A stretch of DNA of 54,413 nucleotides from Actinomycetota bacterium (GTDB taxonomy: Bacteria > Actinomycetota > Actinomycetes > Nanopelagicales > Nanopelagicaceae). This document shows positions 39,341-49,478 of the stretch, in pieces (position 1 is the stretch's first letter; every line of letters begins with the position of its first letter). The stretch lies in assembly GCA_947477185.1 (NCBI GenBank), contig CANJTH010000001.1:1-54413 (forward strand), written 5' to 3'. A program made the translations under genes and the position numbers. The notes under the pieces are model-generated. The model worked only from the letters and a program-made list of their open reading frames with translations. It searched no databases and was not told the origin of the DNA.

Positions 39341-40273
39341 ATGAGTCATGATTTCCGTGGTAGTTATTCAGTCTTAGTTACACCTTTTACTCCAGATCGA
39401 AAGCGCATCGACGAAAATGCCCTTAAGTCGTTTCTTGATTGGCAGATAAGCGTCGGTGTGCCCGGTGTCATCATGTTGGGGACAACGGGAGAGTTCCTAA
39501 CCTTGACCGATGACGAGCGCCATCAAGTTGTCGATGTGACGGTCAAACATGTTAAGAAGAGAATTCCCGTTCTTGTGGGGACTATGAATGCTTACACCCC
39601 CAACGCAGTTCGTTACAGCAAGGAGGCTGAAGATTTAGGTGCCGATGGGCTTATGATCTTACCGCCGTACTACTACACCCCAACTCATGAAGAAATATTT
39701 AACTATTACAAGGCTATTTGTGAGGCAATTCAAATTCCGATTATGATCTATAACAATCCATACACTTCAAACGTAGATATGCCTGCAAAATTGGTGGCAA
39801 GTCTGGCAAGAAGGCTTGAGCAGATCAGATATATCAAGGAAGCAAGCACTGATGTTGCCCGTGTCCGAGATGTAATTGAAGAATCTGAAGGCCTTATCAG
39901 GGTATTTGCTGGCGAGAGAGTAGTTGACTCATATTTATTGGGTGCAATTGGCTATGTAAATCCTTACGGAAACTACATCCCACACGCCTCGTCTGAAATC
40001 TGCAACTTAATGGAGGCAGGACGTGTGGAAGATGCAAGGAAAGTCCAGCGCCTAATCGACAAAATCGATCATATTATCGCCGAAGGTCACCCAACATACG
40101 GTCATCAATGTTATTCAAAGGCGCTTGCCGCTATTGCTGGCCACCCTGTGGGAGATGTCCGTCCACCACTGACTACATTTTCTGAATTGGGTAGCGAAGG
40201 CATCGATCGAATAGAAAAAATAAAACCACTTATGTCCCAACTCGATTCACTGATGGTATCGCTAGCTAAATAA
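39341..40273 (+). CDS. DapA/NAL family lyase or deaminase (second)
   Basis: VTPF, LGTTGEF, PPYY, IYNNP, IKEAS; ATG at 39341 follows GAAGGA. Confidence 0.88.
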   Translation: MSHDFRGSYSVLVTPFTPDRKRIDENALKSFLDWQISVGVPGVIMLGTTGEFLTLTDDERHQVVDVTVKHVKKRIPVLVGTMNAYTPNAVRYSKEAEDLGADGLMILPPYYYTPTHEEIFNYYKAICEAIQIPIMIYNNPYTSNVDMPAKLVASLARRLEQIRYIKEASTDVARVRDVIEESEGLIRVFAGERVVDSYLLGAIGYVNPYGNYIPHASSEICNLMEAGRVEDARKVQRLIDKIDHIIAEGHPTYGHQCYSKALAAIAGHPVGDVRPPLTTFSELGSEGIDRIEKIKPLMSQLDSLMVSLAK

Positions 40274-40276
40274 TTT

Positions 40277-41365
40277 TTACTGTGGAGATGGACGCGGTGC
40301 AATTTTACGGGCGCGTTCAAATTGTTTTTGCCAAGCGATTCTGATGCCTAAATCTTCTGCCGCACTCATTGGCCAATGTGGATTGCGGAGCATAGCCCTA
40401 CCTAGCATGACTGCATCAGCTTGACCGAGTTGAACTATCTGCTCAGCCTGAGATGGCTCTGTAATTAATCCAACTGCCGAGGTTAGAATTCCTGAACTTT
40501 CTTTTATAGCTTGTGCAAACTCGACTTGGTATCCAGGCCCAGTTGTAATTTTGGCGTCATGAACGAGCCCACCTGAAGATACATCGATTAAATCAACACC
40601 GATATCTTTCAGTACCTTAGCTAGCTCAATAGATTCTTCTAATGTCCAGCCTCCGCTGACCCAATCGGTTGCAGAGATTCGAACGAACAGTGGATTTGAT
40701 TCAGGTACAACAGCACGTACTGCCCTTGCCACCTCGCACAAGAAGCGAATTCGATTTTCGAATGAGCCGCCATATTGGTCTTCTCTCTTATTTGATAGAG
40801 GTGAGAAGAATTGATGAAATAAGTACCCATGAGCTGCATGGAGTTCAATGACGTCAAAGCCAACGGTGATTGCACGCTTGGCTGCACTAACAAATTGCTG
40901 GGAAAGATTAGATATTTCAGAGATTGTTAACGCGTGTGGCACAGGAAAGTCTTGATAGGAGATAGAACTTGGTGCATCGGTTACCCATCCTCCTTCATCA
41001 GCTGAGGCAATTACATGGTCATCCCAAGGAAGAAGAGTCGAGCCTTTTCGACCTGCGTGTGCAAGCTGAATACCTATGCGCGTACCCATTGAGTGCGCGA
41101 AATCAACTACTGGGGCGAATGCCTGTGCATGTTCATGACTCCACAAACCTGAACATCCAGTCGAAATACGTCCATTTGCAACAACTGCAGTTGCTTCAAC
41201 CATTACAAGTCCAGCACCACCAGAGGCAAATGCACCTAAATGAATACGGTGCCACTCACCTACAACACCATTTGTTGCAGAGTACTGACACATTGGACTT
41301 ACCCAGACGCGGTTGAGGAATTCGACTTCTCGTATTTTTAACGGATCAAACATTGAGTTAGGCAT
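40277..41365 (-). CDS. NADH:flavin oxidoreductase (old yellow enzyme, YqjM/NamA-like)
   Basis: NRVWVSPMCQYS, QLAHAGRK, ELHAAHGYL..QF.SP.SN.R.D.YGGS.ENR. Confidence 0.92.
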   Translation of the reverse strand: MPNSMFDPLKIREVEFLNRVWVSPMCQYSATNGVVGEWHRIHLGAFASGGAGLVMVEATAVVANGRISTGCSGLWSHEHAQAFAPVVDFAHSMGTRIGIQLAHAGRKGSTLLPWDDHVIASADEGGWVTDAPSSISYQDFPVPHALTISEISNLSQQFVSAAKRAITVGFDVIELHAAHGYLFHQFFSPLSNKREDQYGGSFENRIRFLCEVARAVRAVVPESNPLFVRISATDWVSGGWTLEESIELAKVLKDIGVDLIDVSSGGLVHDAKITTGPGYQVEFAQAIKESSGILTSAVGLITEPSQAEQIVQLGQADAVMLGRAMLRNPHWPMSAAEDLGIRIAWQKQFERARKIAPRPSPQ

Positions 41366-41405
41366 TTCGAATCTACTCCATCTTTAGCTGGGTTAGTGAA
41401 GTAAA

Positions 41406-42170
41406 TTATCGAACATAGGAGGCACCATTAACATCAATAGTTGCACCAGTGAGATGTCTACATCTGCCTGTAGCCAGAAAGACGACAAGATCCCCTATCT
41501 CGCTAGGTGGAACGAGTTCACCTAATACTAAAGCCGCTTTCATCTTTTCTTCACCACCCCGGGCGATTGCAGCCGCATCTGCCATTCTTGTCTTGACTAT
41601 TCCTGGAGCTAGCACATAGGCCAAAATGCCTTGCTTAGCGTAGTTTTGTGCAACTGTCTGTGTTACAGCCTTGACGGCAGCTTTAGAGGCTGCATAGGCT
41701 GAAAGCTCAGCGATTGCTGATCCCCGTTGGCCCGACCAGCTAGACATAGAAATTAAGATTCCGCCGCCTTTAGCCAAAAAATGCTGAACAGCTTCTTTGA
41801 TGAGATTAGAAGATTCCAAAACGTTTACTCGAAGCGTCATTTCCCAATTCTCATCCCACGTTTGATTACTACCCGTAAATGAACTATCTAGGTTAACGGC
41901 GGCATTGTTGAGCACAACATCTATCTGATCGACTTGTTGAAGTGCTTGAACAAAGAGTGACCGACCACTACCCGGGATTGAGAGATCTTGTCCTATAAAT
42001 ACCTTGCGATTATCAGGTATACCCTTAAGTGTCTCCCGTGCTCCATCTTCGAATGAGCTGTAGTGAGCGATAACTTTTGCCCCGGCTTCGGCTAAAGCCT
42101 TCACGGACGCAGCACCAATGCCACGTGATGCTCCTGTTACTAAAACTGTTTTACCCGTAAGATCGTACAT
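41406..42170 (-). CDS. Short-chain dehydrogenase/reductase
   Basis: TGASRGIG, NNAA, YAASK; GGGGAG RBS before ATG at 42170. Confidence 0.9.
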   Translation of the reverse strand: MYDLTGKTVLVTGASRGIGAASVKALAEAGAKVIAHYSSFEDGARETLKGIPDNRKVFIGQDLSIPGSGRSLFVQALQQVDQIDVVLNNAAVNLDSSFTGSNQTWDENWEMTLRVNVLESSNLIKEAVQHFLAKGGGILISMSSWSGQRGSAIAELSAYAASKAAVKAVTQTVAQNYAKQGILAYVLAPGIVKTRMADAAAIARGGEEKMKAALVLGELVPPSEIGDLVVFLATGRCRHLTGATIDVNGASYVR

Positions 42171-42187
42171 TTTCTCCCCCATTTTGG

Positions 42188-42940
42188 TTACATGACTCCG
42201 GCATCGACATTGATCATTTGACCCGTAATGCCATTAGCTAAATCGCTGCTTAAGAAAAGAGCGGTGTTGGCTACATCATCAACAGTGGCTAACCGGCCTA
42301 AAGCAGTTGATTTTGCGAGTTTTTCAAGGGCACTTTGGAAAGCATCCTCATCGGCACCATTACGCTTTTTTATTCTTGAAAGTAGAGCCTGCGTTGCCAC
42401 AGGTCCAGGGGCAATTGCATTCACACGTATTCCACTTCTTCCAAAATCCAGGGCAGCTGATCGCATCACACCAAGGGCTGCATGCTTACTCGCAACGTAA
42501 GGGACAATATTTTCATCGCCTTTCCAAGAATTGAGTGAGGCAGTAATAACAATTGATGCACCAGGTTTGCGTAATAAATCAAAACTTTCCTTTAACGTTA
42601 TAAAAAGCCCCCGAGAATTAAGTGCCATTACATCATCCCAAATCGTAAGGGGGGTGGCGGCTATTGTCGACCATGCGGGAACCATCCCAGCATTTGCCAA
42701 AAGTACATCGATTTTCCGTAAATGTACTGGAATGGATTCGAAAGCAGCGCTTGTGGCCCTCTCATTAGTTAGATCGCAATTAATATATACCCACCCGCTA
42801 GGCAATTGAGCAGGCGCGATTTTGTCTAAGACTATTCCAGTTGCACCTGAGGCACTAAATGTACGCAACATTGCTTCGCCGAGGCCTTGTGCACCTCCAG
42901 TCAGTAAAACATTTTTGTCAAGCATAGAAATGTTCGGCAT
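42188..42940 (-). CDS. Short-chain dehydrogenase/reductase
   Basis: TGGAQGLG, ANAG, YVASKH, IRVNAIAPG, ITGQ..NVDAG. Confidence 0.9.
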   Translation of the reverse strand: MPNISMLDKNVLLTGGAQGLGEAMLRTFSASGATGIVLDKIAPAQLPSGWVYINCDLTNERATSAAFESIPVHLRKIDVLLANAGMVPAWSTIAATPLTIWDDVMALNSRGLFITLKESFDLLRKPGASIVITASLNSWKGDENIVPYVASKHAALGVMRSAALDFGRSGIRVNAIAPGPVATQALLSRIKKRNGADEDAFQSALEKLAKSTALGRLATVDDVANTALFLSSDLANGITGQMINVDAGVM

Positions 42941-43060
42941 ACGCACCTCTTCCCAAAGAGAAACTCATAAAATACTTTCGCTTAATATGCATTTCAGTTA
43001 TATTGTACTCAATAGTTATAAGTATTTGGAAGGTTTTTAAGAAATGTTAATGGTAAATCA

Positions 43061-43867
43061 ATGAGCAAGTTCAAAAGTATCGCTGAGGCGATAAAGGAAC
43101 ATGTTCATGATGGGGACACCATTGCCATGGAAGGCTTTACGCATTTAATTCCATTTGCTGCAGCCCATGAAATCATTCGCCAAGGGTTGCGTAATTTAAC
43201 ACTCGTACGGATGACTCCAGATCTGATTTACGATCAAATGATAGGTGCGGGTTGTGCATCAAAATTAATTTTCTCTTGGGGAGGAAATCCAGGGGTCGGT
43301 TCTCTCAATCGATTCCGTGATGCAGTTCAAAATGGCTGGCCCAATAAACTCGAGATTGAAGAACATACTCATGCTGGTCTCTCAAATCGATATTTAGCTG
43401 GCGCAACCGGGCTTCCATTCGCAGTGATGCGGGGATATCAGGGGACGGACTTATTGGCTCAAACAAATAACGTCGACTCAGTCATCTGCCCTTTTACTGG
43501 TGAACGAATCACTGCAGTTGCAGCGCTGAATCCAGATGTGACGATTATTCATGCTCAGCAGGCAGATCGAAAAGGCAATATTTGCCTGTGGGGCATCACG
43601 GGAGTTCAAAAAGAGGCCGCTCTTGCTGCAAATAGAGTAATTGTCACTGTTGAAGAGATTGTAGATAGTTTTAATCCTCGTTCGAACTCACTTGTGATTC
43701 CATCATTTGTTGTTTCTGCAATTGCCCATGTACCAAATGGCGCTATCCCTTCATATGCATTGGATTACTACCCTAGAGATAACGAAGCTTACATAGCCTG
43801 GAATGCCATCAGTAAGGAACGTGAAAGTTTTGAGGCATGGTTAGTTAGTGAAGGTCTTCGCTCATGA
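43061..43867 (+). CDS. catI: 3-oxoadipate CoA-transferase subunit A (CatI/GctA type)
   Basis: EGFTHLIPFAAAHEIIRQG..LTLVRMTPDLIYDQMIGAGC..KL.FSWGGNPGVGSL. Confidence 0.85.
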   Translation: MSKFKSIAEAIKEHVHDGDTIAMEGFTHLIPFAAAHEIIRQGLRNLTLVRMTPDLIYDQMIGAGCASKLIFSWGGNPGVGSLNRFRDAVQNGWPNKLEIEEHTHAGLSNRYLAGATGLPFAVMRGYQGTDLLAQTNNVDSVICPFTGERITAVAALNPDVTIIHAQQADRKGNICLWGITGVQKEAALAANRVIVTVEEIVDSFNPRSNSLVIPSFVVSAIAHVPNGAIPSYALDYYPRDNEAYIAWNAISKERESFEAWLVSEGLRS

Positions 43868-44631
43868 TGCAGGAGCAAGGATGGAGCGCCGATGAAATGA
43901 TGACAGTTTCAGCAGCGCGCACCTTAAAAAACAGCGATTCTTGCTTTGTAGGCATCGGTATTCCAAGCACTGCAGCAATCCTGGCCAAGGCTACACATGC
44001 TCCAGAACTGGTTCTTATTTATGAGTCCGGCACAATCGACACAAACCCAGCCAAACTTCCTTTATCTATTGGAGATGGCGAATTAGCACAAACTGCGCTC
44101 ACAGTTGTCGGTATTACAGAAATATTTAATTATTGGCTACAACCCGGTCGGATAAAAGTTGGATTTCTTGCCGCCGCTCAGTTAGATAAGTTTGGAAATA
44201 TCAACACAACCATTATCGGCGGTACTTACGATCACCCTATTGTACGTTTACCTGGCGCAGGCGGAGCCACTGAGATTGCTGCGGCATGCAGAGACACAAC
44301 AATTATTTGCCGTCAAAGTACTCGTACGTTTCTTGAAAAGATTGATTTCATTACCTCTGTGGGTTACGGAACTGGCCCAGGATCTCGCGAATCATTTGGA
44401 TTAATCGGCAAGGGTCCAAAAACTGTTATCACTGACCTCGGAATTTTAGAACCCGATCTAAAAACATGCGAGCTAGTTCTGACTAAAATTCACCAAAATG
44501 TAGATATTGACACTGTAATTGCAGCTACAGGTTGGAAATTAAAGATATCAAAAAGCCTTGAAATCACTACACCCCCAACAGATGAAGAGCTAGTTTTGTT
44601 GCGTAAGTTAAATCCGCCAAAAAAGCTTTAA
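43864..44631 (+). CDS. catJ: 3-oxoadipate CoA-transferase subunit B (CatJ/GctB type)
   Basis: EMMTV.AAR, FVGIGIPS, catalytic LIYESG, AQLDKFGNINTT, RLPGAGGA.EIA; ATGA overlap with catI. Confidence 0.85.
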   Translation: MMQEQGWSADEMMTVSAARTLKNSDSCFVGIGIPSTAAILAKATHAPELVLIYESGTIDTNPAKLPLSIGDGELAQTALTVVGITEIFNYWLQPGRIKVGFLAAAQLDKFGNINTTIIGGTYDHPIVRLPGAGGATEIAAACRDTTIICRQSTRTFLEKIDFITSVGYGTGPGSRESFGLIGKGPKTVITDLGILEPDLKTCELVLTKIHQNVDIDTVIAATGWKLKISKSLEITTPPTDEELVLLRKLNPPKKL

Positions 44632-45503
44632 ACAAACGCTGTTTTTGCTCTAGCAGAAAGTGCAAGATAAGTACCGGTGACAATGAGTGGAAAACTTACA
44701 AGGATGCCAACTGTTATTGGTTCTTTCGCTATGATTACCCCAACAAGTACGGCAACAAGTGGGTTCGTAAAAGCAAGATATGTTGTAAGCAATGGACCAA
44801 CTTCTTTTATAAGTTCGAAAAAAATCCAAAATGCTAAGGCCGTGCATATAACACCAAGAACCAGCGCCGCAATAACTATTCGGATATGTACACCATGCTG
44901 TGGCCAAGTGGTAATTCCAGGAATGGACCACGCGAGTGAAGTTATTAGAACTGTTAGTGAAACAGCGCCAAGGGAAGGAACTTCCTTTAATTTACGATTG
45001 ACTACTCTAGGTGCGTAGGCATATCCACACGTAGAAAGTAGTACCATCGCAACAGCGAGGAGATTAATCTGACTTTTTAGACTATCTAACCCAATTAGTG
45101 CGCTAATTCCCAACAGACCAATCAATAGTCCCGCAGTGCCTTGTCTAGTTAAAACCTTTTTTTCTCCAGAGCTAAACGCATAAAAAAGACCAATAATTGG
45201 GATGGCTGTCATCATCAATCCCGTAAAAGCCGAATCTAAATGTTGCTGTGCAATACTCGCTAGACCCCAAGGGATAGTCATCTGCGCCAAAGCAAATACC
45301 AAAACCCATCGCCAACTCCGAAGAGCCTTTTGAAAATCTCCTGAATGCAATGTGAATGGCAGCAATACCGCAGCTGCTATGCCAGCGCGAAGGAAGACTA
45401 TCGTGCTGGGGGAAAATTCCGTCAGTAGGTATTTAGTCAGCCAAAATGGAACCCCCCAAATAAATGAATTACAGATGAAAAGAGCTAATCCTCGCTTGTT
45501 CAT
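44628..45503 (-). CDS. EamA/DMT family transporter
   Basis: About 10 TM segments; IWG, LR..IA, LGVICTALAF, NPLVAVLVG...EP. Confidence 0.85.
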   Translation of the reverse strand: MNKRGLALFICNSFIWGVPFWLTKYLLTEFSPSTIVFLRAGIAAAVLLPFTLHSGDFQKALRSWRWVLVFALAQMTIPWGLASIAQQHLDSAFTGLMMTAIPIIGLFYAFSSGEKKVLTRQGTAGLLIGLLGISALIGLDSLKSQINLLAVAMVLLSTCGYAYAPRVVNRKLKEVPSLGAVSLTVLITSLAWSIPGITTWPQHGVHIRIVIAALVLGVICTALAFWIFFELIKEVGPLLTTYLAFTNPLVAVLVGVIIAKEPITVGILVSFPLIVTGTYLALSARAKTAFV

Positions 45504-47227
45504 TATGAAGCAGTGGATTGGGCAATAATTCCTATTGGTGTTGGCTTGAAAGGAGGTTGGGGTGCAAACCCTGAATATTCTGAAGGCGTACTTTGAGTTT
45601 TTTCCGCAGCTTTGGCTATGGTAAACGAACTGCAGTACCGTCCCTGACAGATTCCCATACCTGCCCGCGTAACTCGCTTAAGAGCACCAGCTGTTAAAAG
45701 CTCCTCTGAAATCTCGCCAGAGATTTCTTCCTTGGATAAAGATAGACAACGGCAAATAATAGTTGTGGAGTCACTTAATTGATCTAGGTTGAGGCTGCCA
45801 CGAAAAACCTTCCAAAGACTTTTCTGGAATTTCAAATTCCGCTTATAACGGCGTTGCGCAGTTTTAATTTCGCGTTTTAGTGCAGAAGGGATAACTTTGC
45901 CTGCACTTTCGACAATGGCATATCCAGCCATGATGCCATTAGCCTTGGCTACTTGAGCACCAGAAATTCCGCCACTATCTCCCACAACATAAACTCCTTT
46001 GATGCTCGTTTCTCCGAAATTATCACGAGAAACCTGAAGAGTCTGACTTTGAATATCAAAGGCATGTTTACAGCCAAGAGAACGGGCAATCTCATTCGAT
46101 GGCATAAAACCATAACCTAATGCAAGTGCATCCACGCGAAATAACTTGACTCCAGAATTAGAGGTAGACCCATCTGAGGTAATTGACGCTACCTTGACAA
46201 CACTCAATAAGGGAGTGCCTGAAGCCTCAATGACGGCACTTGAGAAGTAAATCGGGACCTTTGCTCTGAGTAAAGTAAAAAAATATCCCAGGCCATTTAG
46301 AACCAGTTTTGGCGAATACCAGGCCAGAGTCAGAGAGGTGAAGATATTTTTTATCTTAAACGGGCTACCTAATTCAGCAAGACCAGCTACAGAACCGCCG
46401 GCACGTATGAGTTCTGCCGCCATTTGAATATTGAGTGGACCATTTCCTGATATAAAAATCTTTGACCCCAAAAGTACTTGATACGATCGCAACAATGTTT
46501 GTGCAGCTCCCGTAGTCATCACTCCAGGTAAAGTCCAACCTGGAATCTGAAAACTTTTCTCATAGGCCCCGGTTGCTATTACTAAACTCTTTGGCTTCAA
46601 TACCCACCGATGTGTCGTACTTGCTGCGACAAGGTGGTTAGGGGCGAAAGCACCCCAGATACTCGCTCCAGTTAAAACTTCGACGCCAGAAGTTCTTGCC
46701 CTTTGAATTAAGGCCCGACCCTCAAGAAATTGACTATCCAGTTGGTCCTCGCGTAGGAGAGGATCCACTGGCTGTTTAAAATATTGCCCACCTAATTTTG
46801 CCCGCTCATCTAATAGCACGACCAGTAGTCCTGCCTCAGCACAGACGGCCGCTGTAGCTAATCCTGCAGGACCAGCCCCGATTACTAAGACATCAGGTGA
46901 AATTTCTGATTCAGGAAGAGCTACGTAGTCAACACTATTGATGCTCGGGTATGCAGGCTGTCTCGAAACCTCATCTCCATTGCAGACAGAAGTCATACAC
47001 GCTAATTTGCCTGGAGTTCCATTGACAACAATTGCACACTCATTGCAAACACCCATTCCGCAGTAAAGACCGCGGCGAGAACCGTCAAGACTCTCTTTCA
47101 AGTCATAAATCCCAGCCCTTGTTAGTGCAGAGGCAAATGTATCTCCTTCTTTAGCTTGAATAAACTTCTCATCAAAAATAAATGAAATATTTGGTGCGCT
47201 ATCGCGCATTGTAGTTTTCGCTCTCAT
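45503..47227 (-). CDS. Fused [2Fe-2S] + FAD oxidoreductase (HcnA-HcnB-like fusion)
   Basis: N-terminal RGLYCGMGVCNEC...LAC, then GAGPAG, PGWTLPGV, ICRC and GMGICQGRYC; GGAGG RBS before ATG at 47227. Confidence 0.85.
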   Translation of the reverse strand: MRAKTTMRDSAPNISFIFDEKFIQAKEGDTFASALTRAGIYDLKESLDGSRRGLYCGMGVCNECAIVVNGTPGKLACMTSVCNGDEVSRQPAYPSINSVDYVALPESEISPDVLVIGAGPAGLATAAVCAEAGLLVVLLDERAKLGGQYFKQPVDPLLREDQLDSQFLEGRALIQRARTSGVEVLTGASIWGAFAPNHLVAASTTHRWVLKPKSLVIATGAYEKSFQIPGWTLPGVMTTGAAQTLLRSYQVLLGSKIFISGNGPLNIQMAAELIRAGGSVAGLAELGSPFKIKNIFTSLTLAWYSPKLVLNGLGYFFTLLRAKVPIYFSSAVIEASGTPLLSVVKVASITSDGSTSNSGVKLFRVDALALGYGFMPSNEIARSLGCKHAFDIQSQTLQVSRDNFGETSIKGVYVVGDSGGISGAQVAKANGIMAGYAIVESAGKVIPSALKREIKTAQRRYKRNLKFQKSLWKVFRGSLNLDQLSDSTTIICRCLSLSKEEISGEISEELLTAGALKRVTRAGMGICQGRYCSSFTIAKAAEKTQSTPSEYSGFAPQPPFKPTPIGIIAQSTAS

Positions 47228-47327
47228 GCGCGCCTCCAACGTATCTCAACTATTGCTAAATACACTTACTTTCTCTTACCATAGACTCTACGAGATTAAA
47301 TGAGTTTATTCTAGAAAGGTAATTGCA

Positions 47328-48092
47328 GTGGGAAGCTTAAGCGGAAAGACCATTCTCATAACAGGGGCATCAAAGGGAATTGGTTGTGCGACTACCGAAC
47401 TTCTAGGAATTGAAGGTGCTTATGTTATAGCACATTATGGTTCAGATAGAGAAGGTGCCATTGATGCAACAAAAAATATTCCTGAAGACCACAAATTTAT
47501 AGTACAAGCCGATCTGGCGCAATCAGGCAGTCCTAAAAAACTTTGGAGAGAAGCCCTTGAGTGGAGAGGCGTAATCGATGTCGTAATAGCCAATGCGGCA
47601 ATAATGCCTGAAGCTGCCTTCACGGATTCTGATGAACTCTGGGATGCAACATGGGAAGCGGCCATGAGTGTGAATGCAACTGCGCCAGCGCAGCTCATAC
47701 GCGAGGCGACAAAATACTTCCTTGAGAATTCTGGCGGATCTATCATCGCAATCTCAAGTTGGGCAGCTCAGCGGGGTGCAGGTAATATTAAATTAGGTGC
47801 TTATTCAGCCTCTAAAGCTGCCATTGCCGCACTTGTAAAAACTATCGCACGCGCATATGGCAGAGATGGTATCTATGCCTATTTGATATCACCCGGTGTT
47901 GTTCGTACCGGAATGTCAGTTGCCTCGGCAATTACGCAAGGCGGAGAAGAGAAAATTACAGCCACATTAGCCATGGGAGAATGGGTTCCACCCAAAGAGA
48001 TTGCCGAGATGGTTGTCTTTTTAGCAACTGGGGCTAGCAAGCATTTATCTGGTGGCACTATTGATGTAAATGGGGCTACATACATTCGTTAA
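47328..48092 (+). CDS. Short-chain dehydrogenase/reductase (paralog of 41406..42170)
   Basis: TGASKGIG, ANAA, YSASK; C-terminus TIDVNGATYIR. Confidence 0.9.
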   Translation: MGSLSGKTILITGASKGIGCATTELLGIEGAYVIAHYGSDREGAIDATKNIPEDHKFIVQADLAQSGSPKKLWREALEWRGVIDVVIANAAIMPEAAFTDSDELWDATWEAAMSVNATAPAQLIREATKYFLENSGGSIIAISSWAAQRGAGNIKLGAYSASKAAIAALVKTIARAYGRDGIYAYLISPGVVRTGMSVASAITQGGEEKITATLAMGEWVPPKEIAEMVVFLATGASKHLSGGTIDVNGATYIR

Positions 48093-48095
48093 CCA

Positions 48096-48449
48096 TTACG
48101 GTTGATAAATATCATCACCCTCTTGAAATGCTGGGCCATTAATTACAAGGTACTTACCTGATCCTAAAAAGGAATACTCTTGAGAGCGTGGGATGACGAC
48201 GATATCTCCAGCACTTGCCAAAATTTCATCTTCAGGGAATATGTTAAAAACGAAAGAACCCTCAAGCAAATAATAAACTCTCGTGCTTTTATTTGTAACG
48301 AGACTACGATGCGCTCCATTAATTTCAACCCAGGTTAGGCTCACATCGGCCCCATGAGAATTAAAGTTGGCTAACTGGCGAAAGCTTAAATTATTGGAAT
48401 CCTCACGAATCAATTCGATATTCTCGGGCTTTACATGACTAATACTCAT
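48096..48449 (-). CDS. Cupin domain protein
   Basis: G.H...STRVYYLLEG and AGDIVVIP; GGAGG RBS before ATG at 48449. Confidence 0.72.
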   Translation of the reverse strand: MSISHVKPENIELIREDSNNLSFRQLANFNSHGADVSLTWVEINGAHRSLVTNKSTRVYYLLEGSFVFNIFPEDEILASAGDIVVIPRSQEYSFLGSGKYLVINGPAFQEGDDIYQP

Positions 48450-48487
48450 TTTTGCCTCCAACTGATTTTGAGCATGATTTCTATGTA

Positions 48488-48530
48488 AAGCAAAGGACCT
48501 CCAGTAAGTAAAACCGGAGGTCCTTTGCTT
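48488..48530 (-). terminator. Stem-loop downstream of the binding-protein gene (terminator or mRNA stabiliser)
   Basis: 15-bp perfect inverted repeat AAGCAAAGGACCTCC/GGAGGTCCTTTGCTT, 12 nt after the stop codon. Confidence 0.8.
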
Positions 48531-48542
48531 ACCGTGTCCCTA

Positions 48543-49478
48543 TTAGGTCCAAGAAGATGTTACAGAGACAGATTGGAGACCCATCTTGCGAGCATCATTA
48601 CCAACATATTTATCCCAGAGTCCTGCAAGATTGTTGTGTGAAGTTTCATAACGCAACCAAGTGTCAACATAAGCCTTCAACTTATAGTCACCTGCAGGCA
48701 TAAAGAAACTGTTCTCATCAACGAAAACTGGCTTACCCTTGAATACCGTTAATTTAGGTTGATTCTTGACTGCATCTGCAACCTCGAACTCACCAACGAT
48801 CATGGCATTAGATCGACCAGCGCTAACATCGGCAAGCGCGGCCTGGTTTGCAAGTCGCTTGAGCTTGGCCTTTGGATAAAGAATTTGGGCAGCTGACTCT
48901 TGTGAAGAACCTAAAACAACTGCAATAGTGACAGAAGAACTATTGAGTTGCTCTAGTGAACTCACCTTAAATCCTGGTTTCAATAGAACGACATTTGACT
49001 CAACGAATGCTGGCAATCCAGCAAAAAGTACTTTCTGAGCGCGTTCTGGCTTGATTGTCGCTGCTATTCCAGACATATCAAATTTACCTGCTGCTTGGCC
49101 GGCAAAAAGCTCACCAAATGGAATTTCGACCCACTTTGGAGTTGCGCCAAGAGAGGCTGCTAACTTATTTGCTAAGTCAACTATATATCCCGTTGGAGTA
49201 CCAGAAGCCGTCTTATATTGAATTGGCTTAAAAGTGAGATCAACACCAAAACTAATTTCTTTAGTTGCTAACACTTTATCAATTACTGAATCATAACCTG
49301 AAGTAGCAGATTCACTTTTCTTTGATGTATTTGTTACAGCTTCAGCTGATGAAGGCATGGCTAAACCCGTCAATGCGCTAGCACCAAGTGCGAGTCCAGC
49401 ACCTTTAATAAAACGTCGGCGGTCCGTTGTTTGTTCAATATTTGCTTCATCTTTTGTAGTAGGTAAAATACGTGACAT
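48543..49478 (-). CDS. Polar amino-acid ABC substrate-binding protein with Tat signal
   Basis: TDRRRFIK, hydrophobic stretch and AEA; family 3 motifs GVDLTFKP, AGKFDM, IKPERAQKV.F; GGGGAG RBS. Confidence 0.87.
   Translation of the reverse strand: MSRILPTTKDEANIEQTTDRRRFIKGAGLALGASALTGLAMPSSAEAVTNTSKKSESATSGYDSVIDKVLATKEISFGVDLTFKPIQYKTASGTPTGYIVDLANKLAASLGATPKWVEIPFGELFAGQAAGKFDMSGIAATIKPERAQKVLFAGLPAFVESNVVLLKPGFKVSSLEQLNSSSVTIAVVLGSSQESAAQILYPKAKLKRLANQAALADVSAGRSNAMIVGEFEVADAVKNQPKLTVFKGKPVFVDENSFFMPAGDYKLKAYVDTWLRYETSHNNLAGLWDKYVGNDARKMGLQSVSVTSSWT

Noticed and set aside
35792-40273. Biosynthetic dapA genes
   Set aside because: Two divergent copies next to amine oxidases, with no lysine-pathway neighbours; only the family can be assigned.
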